This document shows positions 53,440 through 64,000 of a stretch of 64,000 nucleotides of DNA, piece by piece. Origin of the DNA: Bugula neritina (taxonomy: Eukaryota; Animalia; Bryozoa); contig OZ037771.1 in assembly GCA_964035545.1 (NCBI GenBank), positions 6,729,190 to 6,793,189 of the forward strand. The letters are read 5' to 3'. How positions within the stretch are numbered: position 1 is the stretch's first letter; every line of letters starts with the position of its first letter. The position numbers and the translations under genes were made by a program. The notes under the pieces are model-generated. The model had not been told where the DNA came from. It saw only the letters and a list, made by a program, of their open reading frames with translations, and ran no database searches.

Positions 53440-53655
53440 TACCTGAGTGCTAGTATATAGTACTGAGTGTTAGTATATAGTACTGAGTGTTAGTATAATA
53501 CAGTACTGAGTGCTAGTACAACATAGTACCTGAGTGCTAGGGTCTTTGCTCCTTTGAGCTGATAGAAATGCTAAAGCCATAAAATATTCATCCCATTCCA
53601 GATAGTCGGATCTCTTCTTTGCCTTTGGCTGGGATGTGCTTATATTTTCAGCCAT
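48863..53655 (-). CDS. DCTD: Deoxycytidylate (dCMP) deaminase, about 197 aa, 5 coding exons
   Basis: Exons (minus): 53530-53655, 50154-50286, 49683-49810, 49383-49468, 48863-48983. Motifs [55 protein letters not shown] (zinc-binding HAE/PCxxC). Confidence 0.96.
49845..50035 (-). mobile_element. Second, more diverged copy of the tRNA-derived SINE, DCTD intron 2
   Basis: Reverse complement shares AAAGGCCATTgGTGATGTTAGGAAGAGCATtCAGT..ATTGCTCCTGTGCC..AAGTCCTTAGC..AAGGGATGG..ACTATAAAC with the 36823 copy. Confidence 0.85.
50335..50510. repeat. Minisatellite (TAGTACTGAGTGTTAGTATA-like), left part, split by the LINE
   Basis: The same units resume at 53437-53540 on the other side of the LINE. Confidence 0.92.
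50511..53436 (+). mobile_element. 5'-truncated non-LTR retrotransposon (CR1/L2 group, APE endonuclease + RT) with (CA)n tail, antisense within DCTD intron 1
   Basis: Reading frame is open from the junction at 50511 ([24 protein letters not shown]) to TGA at 53186; 3' UTR, AATAAA at 53378, then (CA)n to 53436. Confidence 0.95.
50574..53186 (+). CDS. LINE ORF2 (endonuclease-reverse transcriptase), N-terminally truncated
   Basis: EN motifs VIYRQP, AGDINID, CLDHIL, SDHLP; RT motifs [44 protein letters not shown]. No internal stops. The track's start codon is not a true start. Confidence 0.93.
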   Translation: MYVRDSIGMVLVPVVTISGCDVHSIKLECDGSSPPVVLTVIYRQPSADVTEFLYDFEKFISTSHASNHIIAGDINIDTLDHSNVEYLSLLSTYCFTNSITVPTHHFKPTNKWTCLDHILLNLNSYAITSGTVFSDLSDHLPAYTFIHKFKRSDLISASQNQYSIINYKKLRNALESINWEAFRCSDVNVFYDKFLQKLTELTNSCKIEHRAKLAKNKSISKPWINGDLLFMIRKKNRFYRNWRKSPLSTKLEVKYKRLRNELNTQLRRAKYNYFLEALDASCANPKQIWELINNELLRKPKNTSPTLPSKLVCYHDPSRVALSDTEIAEEFNSYFSNIGKRLASKFNNNDHRLSHSEISNSSDGAFELQHVNETSVLTLITQMKPNKASGLDQISANFVKRLSDIITTPLCKIINHSIDCGKIPTKLKVAKVSPLYKKGSVNECGNYRPISILPIFSKIMEKLINQQILTYLENNNLLTQNQFGFRHNRGTSDAISNFTNKILESFDKGESVLGIFIDFSKAFDTIDHNILIYKLKKYNFSSSAIKWIHNYLTERTQITKINNTLSNAQTITCGVPQGSVLGPTLFLIYINDLCETLKYVTPILYADDTNLFLKSKNLNNEYEKISSDLKRLCEWCQINKLTINYEKTSYIIFKNYQNKFQFDLKLTINDKPITAVDEVKFLGVIIDRNLNWSSHIQKILLNLRPISGLFYRLNAFAPKRILIMLYYSLIHSRLCYSIESWGNASRVHLDKVLKFQKKIVRIIHRKPFGYHSKDLFRKSDILPVDKLYKYKLLIKAHKIFYSESFSTHSHYTTRHQLQSLPVPFYSSSAGQRTSNFVISALWNKLPKFLKIIQPLGKFKAELRHHLHSVE
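53437..53540. repeat. Minisatellite right part, derived from the DCTD exon 1 donor junction
   Basis: ACATAGTACCTGAGTGCTAG (reverse complement CTAGCACTCAG|GTACTATGT) is present both at the real donor (53521-53540) and at about 53434-53453. Confidence 0.9.
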
Positions 53656-54091
53656 TCTGAAACAACTGGCTAATAAAAAGAAGTAAAATATAATGTTACA
53701 ATATATTATATAATTGAATTATTGTATTATATGTATGCGTAACTTGGTTTTATTTACTAGTTGGTTACGCAGTTAGTGTCACATGTGATATAATTATAAT
53801 ATATGTACACATTATAAATACATAATAATATTAATAATAATAATTCTATGATTCTAAGATTAATAGTACAATAACTATAAGCAAGTCATAAACCATGGTT
53901 CCAGGTAATTGCAAAGCTAGCTCCACAGATTGTGTTTTTTAAATACAATTGTTAATATCAATATGATAATTATAAGGTTATTGCTATTAATTATTACCAT
54001 TAAATTTACTTTTAGTGTAATTATGAGTATTACTATTACTATTAGAGTATTAGAGCAGTCCATAACTGTATATCACACCCAGACAAACTAG

Positions 54092-54727
54092 TTAGCCTGC
54101 TAAGTTAATCTGCACAATAATGTTGTACATACTGAGACACCTAAGAGAAGCAAAGAACTTGATAAGTGAGGAAATATCAGTAATAAAGTTTTTAGAAATA
54201 TCCAAGTGTGAAACGGTTGGTGTAAGTGCAGAGCAAAGGCTTGCTAGCCCAACATTTTCTAGTCTCACCGAAACTAGGCTAAGAAGAACTAAATTAGTAA
54301 ATCTTCTAGAGAGATTCGTCATAACAATGCTTTGGAAGTTATATAGACTTAAACTTCTTAAACACTTTGATGTCAATGAGTTTATGACTCTGTTACTAAT
54401 TGCATCTTTTTTGTAAATCCCTACGTTATTCAGAGTTAGCTCAGTGAGTGTGTGTTGCTGCAGCACTTTGAGTCCCTTCGTAGATAACATAACATCATGG
54501 AGAGCTACAGAGGTGAGGTTGGTGTGCTTTGAGTTGAACATCCTTATACTTTCATCACTAAGCAGACGATACTTCACCATTGCAATTAGTAAATCTTCAG
54601 ACAGGCTCACAGGCAGACGAAAATTTCCAAGGTTCAACTAATAACTCTTCATTTGTTTGTGAGTTAAACATATGATATTGATGCACATTGCCTGTAAACT
54701 AATGGGCTCTGTTATCAATTGAAACAT
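54092..54727 (-). pseudogene. ZYG11/ZER1-family (CRL2 substrate receptor) N-terminal fragment with in-frame TAG
   Basis: MFQLITEPISLQAMCINIICLTHKQMKSY*LNLGNFRLPVSLSEDLLIAMVKYRLLSDESIRMF..LTSVALH..LQQHTLTEL resembles the ZYG11 VHL/BC-box and following LRRs (VSHLDISKN, LRCLSMYN). TAG at 54638-54640. No ARM-repeat half and no introns. Confidence 0.7.
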
Positions 54728-55479
54728 CTTGAGATGAAACTCCAGAATCTATGTGATGGCAGAAATTACGAGGAGGAAATGCCACATTCAAAGGCACATA
54801 CTCCGTTTTCACAGTCACATTCAGTTTGGCAGTGACACTGGTGACACTCACACTGACTGGTAATTTTGTAATGTCCTTGTTAACATTGTTTAGACTACTG
54901 CCCAAGTACTGATAACTTATTTATTGCAGCACACCTCTTAGTCTATTTTCCTCTAGGAAGGTCCAGTGTGGAGATAAGATCGACAGTTATTGCTATTGGT
55001 ATTACTATTACTATTAGTATAACTATAAGTATTATGATAATCATAATGATAATGATTACTCAGATTGAGATTAGGTATAAAATATAAATTTATCAAATTT
55101 TAACATCAATCAAAGACATAAGTATAGGTTTAAGAGTAACTTACTAATACTATATTTACTATTTAGTAAATGTTAGTACAACTACTACTTTAACTACAAC
55201 TATAACTATAAGCATAAGTTATTAAATTAAGCAATAAACGACCTATATAAACTTGTAAAGTAATATAACCATAACTATAACTATAAGTATAAGTATAACT
55301 AAAAGTTGAAGTATATTTATTTCGATTAAATTTTAAATGTAGTAATAGTAGTTGATAAACAGAACAAAAAGTATTAAACTAAACAGATTACTTTAAAATA
55401 GTAATAACCATAACTACTGTCAATTGTAATACTAACGATAAAAAGAATATTTAAATTTAATGTGTCATGGTGAGAATCT

Positions 55480-56000
55480 AAGTTTGCCTAAAGGCTCAAA
55501 GCTCTTTCCCGCCCACTAAGCGTGAAGAACCAATAGATGCAGCACAAGGTTTGGAGTCACTCAGTGCATTGTCCGAGTAGACATTGTCCCAACTTTCGAG
55601 ACTTCAACCACTGCACTCAGTGACTGCCAACTTTGCGCTGCTTAAAGCAATTCTTTTAGGTGGTAATGCTCTTTAACCCCTTCATGGTGCCTGCCACACA
55701 AGTATCGTAGTCGTTTCCGCAGCCAATGATGGGCTTATTTTTGCTCTAATATCCAATCGAATCTCATAGCGGGTTCACGCGATTTATAACCGGGGATTTT
55801 TGTTTATAATAATATTAGATAGCGCGACTACTTGAGCCATATAGAAAACCATCTAATCAAAATGCTGCTACACATTTTCTAACCAATCAAGACCGAGAAA
55901 GAAGGCCACACACCATCCTGTATTGATAAACGTACCATGACGTCGTGAAACGACTGCAAGCCTGGATTGCAATGTTACCTGCGCCTAGCAGGATAATGCT
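55480..56000. promoter_or_regulatory. Putative bidirectional promoter core between DCTD/ZYG11 fragment and GPT
   Basis: CpG-richer island with CCAAT at about 55530, 55723, 55753 and 55883, a CCCGCCC GC-box near 55508 and a CRE-like TGACGTCG at 55938. Both DCTD and GPT have splice acceptors just before their ATGs, implying upstream non-coding exons. Confidence 0.55.
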
Positions 56001-57663
56001 GCTAATAGTAATACTAATAGTAGTGTTTGAACCACAATTCGACATTGAACATTGATATGAGTGATTATTAGTTTCTTTAGGTCTTTAAACTCATTACTAG
56101 TCATATAATATAAGTTTTAAAGTTCGCCGAAAGCGTCGATATTCATGTTTGAAGTTGAACCAATAATTTAAATTTGCATTTAATTTTTTTACAATCATTT
56201 TAAACTAAAACTTGAAGTTAAAGTTAAACTAAAAGCAGAAATAAAACTGAATAATTATAACTTATGAGTGTAAGATTAACTGATTAAGTATAAGTATAAC
56301 ACTATGCTTATAGGTATAACTGTTCAAGTAGTAAACAGTTTAAAATAGCATATTCTAATTCAGTAATACTAATTGTAATTCATGTTCATTCTTTTCAATA
56401 TTATTATATTTATTATCATTTACATTATGATTATGTCTATGATAATCATAATCATAATGATTATGGCTATGCCTGTGCTAAGATTTAGATTAATAATTAA
56501 TGTATCACTATTAGAACATTACTCTTAGTATTATTATAATTAATAGTAATACTATAACTTATAACTTATAAGTAATAGCTATATTTTAAATCAATTAAAT
56601 AGTATAAATAATATTATTATTTATTATAATAATATTATTATTATAATAAATGATAATATAATTATAATTGTTCAATTTAATATTAATTATAATGACGTTA
56701 GCTTAATAAGTTAATGTTTATTAAGCATGATGATAATCATAATGATAAGCTATACTAACAACATTCAATGAATAATATTAATAATATAATTATAATATGA
56801 TAGAGTGCCGCATTAAATTTTAACTTATACTCATCATAATACTAAGTCTAATACTTATAATCATAGTAATATTTCTAACGGTCATAACCACTTTTCATAA
56901 GCCATAACTACTAACTAGTAACTCAACTAGTAAGTAGTAGTAATGAGTAATGCGATGTAAGGCTATACATAAGTTAATAGTAATACTAATACTAATAGTA
57001 ATAGCAATGCAGTTATGCTTTATATTGATGGTCGTATCATTATTACAAATATATCATTATTACAGATATATCATTATTACAGATATATCATTATTACAAA
57101 TATATCAATAATTTTTATTCTATCCCAATCTGTTATATTTATAGTTATACTTATACTTATCGTAATGGCAATAGGTATAGTAATAGTAAGTGCTACTTAT
57201 TAAAACTAAATGTAATAGTAAATAATAATAGTAAATCTAATAGTACGTACTAGACACTAGTAGTAGACAATATGAATAATAATCCTCTTTTTCATAGTTA
57301 TACTAATACTTATTTTATACTAATACTAATACAGTAGTAATAGTAATACAACTATGTTTACTAGTACTAGTAGTACAGTAGTAGTAAGGCAAAATCTAAG
57401 TATAATAATAATAGTGATGCTTATGCTGGTAAATATTAATATTCTAATTTTGTAAGTAACTTAATCTTACTCTTATACTTATATTTAGTATTAAAAATAA
57501 ACAGCAATTATCTATTTACTAACTACTGTCTAATAGTAACTAATTTCAGGCTAATATTGATAAAATAAGTATAGGTATGAGTAAGCCTAAAGTTAATAAT
57601 TTCAACTTAATTGAAAAGATTTTTAACTTTTTTATAAATTGTTTTAGAGCCAATACAGTTGAG

Positions 57664-61490
<3,827 letters not shown>

Positions 61491-63143
61491 CTACAAGCAG
61501 CTTTATATTTTCAACATGTGTTGCTGCAATTTCTACCTTCCTCAAATAACTATTATACTCTGAAACCTTAAATATGTGTTGTCTTCAACCGCCTTTGCTA
61601 TTATATATTTTATAAAACATAATATTGTTTTCATTTCAACATCTCCTTTGAGTTGGTGCAAATATTTCTATGTTCAAATATTACATTTATGTTATATTTT
61701 GTTCTCACTCACAAAAGTATGATGTATACTTTGTTCTCTTCTACTTAAATTTGTTGAAAAGTTAAAAAAGTATATTTTCTCTAAATGGCAGCTACATTGG
61801 GATGTGAAACTCATTTGGGAGGATATAAAAGTTGTGAATTCTTTTTTTATTTGTAATTATTAAATTTGTTTTAATTTCATTTTTCACTAGTATAAATAAA
61901 TCTATTTAAAATATTGTATTTGTATGAGCTCATAAGAATATTGCTACAAGTTACATGTTACATAATGACATGGCATGTGTATACATGTGCCTGCTGGACT
62001 CCATGAAAGCCTATGTTTGTGAGCATATCAAATATTACAGATTAGCATGAGGTTTTGTGTTCTGAGAGTATGGAGGAAATGTTGTTAGATTGAGAATATA
62101 TAATAGTACGTGTGGCAGAGAATGGTGGGCCTCTGCAGCCACCCTCTTCATGAAGTATATTGTGCAGCTGCATAACACTCATAAGCTATTCCACTAGTTC
62201 TGCCCTCTAAAAAAGTTACTTTGGTAAAATTGTGTAAAATCTGTAATCTAAAAATGTGTTGGTTGCCTAAAATATAAGACATCACGCTATTACTTCAGAT
62301 TCATAGCTTGGCGCTCACTGCACACAACCAGTTTCAACCAGTCACTTATTTTAGTGCGATAGTGGCACCCACACACTGCCACCACTGTGACATTGTATTT
62401 GCTAGAATACAATAATTTCACTGCTTAAATATAAAGCATGTGTGTGCAATGTTATTTGAGTGCATATATTTTGTAAGGTGCAATTCCAATGTGTTTTTCA
62501 TTTAATTAACACAAGTTATTCATGTTATTCGGTTCTATAGTTCACTAGACTGCATAATACACACATCTGCAAGGTATGCCATGTGCTTTGAATTCAATAG
62601 TAAAACTTCCTTCTATCTCAAAACTCAACTTGTTTTTGCAGCTTATATTTGATCAACGAATATGAAAATACCATTACTGCAATCCCAAAGGTAACTGAAG
62701 GATAATGTTATATGCTTCTGAAGACAGCTCTATATAACTCCTACCTTATTTTAACATTTAATAGGCTTGTGTCATTCACAATTTTCTACATATATAAGAG
62801 CTAGTAAACAAAACAGTAGAGTGTAACAGGACCTTTGAGGCAATGCTTGAAATAATATAAGGATCTAAAAACATATACTACAACATGTTGTATAGTGCAG
62901 TATATAGTAAAAAATACACTATGATATACTATATGCAACAATATATATGTTGCAATACCTATGTTGTAATATGTAATACAACATATTGAGTACTACAAAC
63001 GTCGCAATATAATTTGTACACTACAACAATCACCACAACGTGCACTACACACAACTACATCATACACAGCAGTGTGTTTTATATATTCAAACTACAACAT
63101 AATAAAACTATAAACATTAATGTGTTGCAACACATACTTTAAT

Positions 63144-63661
63144 ATACACCCTACTACATATACTATAACATACACCCTACTACATATACTATAACATACA
63201 CCCTATTACATATACTATAACATACACCCTATTACATATACTATAACATACACCCTATTACATATACTATAACATACACCCTACTACATATACTATAACA
63301 TACACCCTACTACATATACTATAACATACACCCTACTACATATACTATAACATACACCCTATTACATATACTATAACATACACCCTATTACATATACTAT
63401 AACATACACCCTACTACATATACTATAACATACACCCTACTACATATACTATAACATACACCCTACTACATATACTATAACATACACCCTACTACATATA
63501 CTATTACATACACCCTACTACATATACTATAACATACACCCTATACTACACATACTATAACACACACCCTACTACATATACTATAACATACACCCTATAC
63601 TACACATACTATAACACACACCCTACTACATATACTATAACATACACCTACTACATATACT
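63144..63661. repeat. 26-bp minisatellite (CATACACCCTACTACATATACTATAA), about 20 copies
   Basis: Visible homogeneous tandem array with C/T variants. Confidence 0.96.
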
Positions 63662-64000
63662 TTACATTTGCAATGGAACATACACTTATACAAAATATAC
63701 ACTACCAATTATGTATAAATACTATAATAATAATAATAATTAATATTGAATATTCTCTCTGACAGTTCCTTTATGTATTAGTTTGTACAAGCCAATGCTA
63801 TTATTATCTTATTTCTTACTTGAACCAACCAATGTTATTGCTTACGGAGTTGTCCATACATGAATGAAATGAATTGTCTTGCATAAAGACAATGATTTGC
63901 TAAAATATTGTAAAACAAGCATAACTTTGGCACATACAGAGGGCCAAAGATTGTTAATTTCTTTTGTAAAATGTAGTGAAATTTCAGGCTTCTGTGTAAC

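Noticed and set aside
57577-57663. ORF-track N-terminal extension of GPT (MSKPKVNNF...)
   Set aside because: Mostly AT-rich intron upstream of a clear acceptor (ttttag at 57647); the ATG at 57664 fits better.

Overview
AT-rich, intron-rich animal (invertebrate-like) nuclear DNA with GT-AG introns; not prokaryotic. I spliced the gene models by hand and checked intron phase at every junction. Left to right: a 12-exon glypican of the GPC1/2/4/6 (dally-like) type (+, 2256-20698); two complete tandem 11-exon mitochondrial ALDH2 paralogs (-, 22396-29707 and 30691-38409); a small 3xEGF single-pass membrane protein gene (-, 39897-43118) divergent from a 6-exon Mos kinase (+, 45083-48187); dCMP deaminase (-, 48863-53655) with a young 5'-truncated CR1/L2-group LINE in intron 1; an intronless ZYG11-like fragment with an in-frame stop (-, 54092-54727); and alanine aminotransferase (+, 57664-61490). 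There are also two tRNA-type SINEs, two TA-flanked MITE copies and many mini/microsatellites. Most notable patterns: (1) at least six tandem repeats built from copies of real splice junctions, several containing U1 snRNA 5'-end sequence; (2) the ALDH2 pair is a mosaic of near-identical cofactor-domain exons and diverged substrate-channel exons; (3) Mos has five introns; (4) both divergent promoters have a CCAAT-rich core flanked by unusual TA-rich low-complexity islands.
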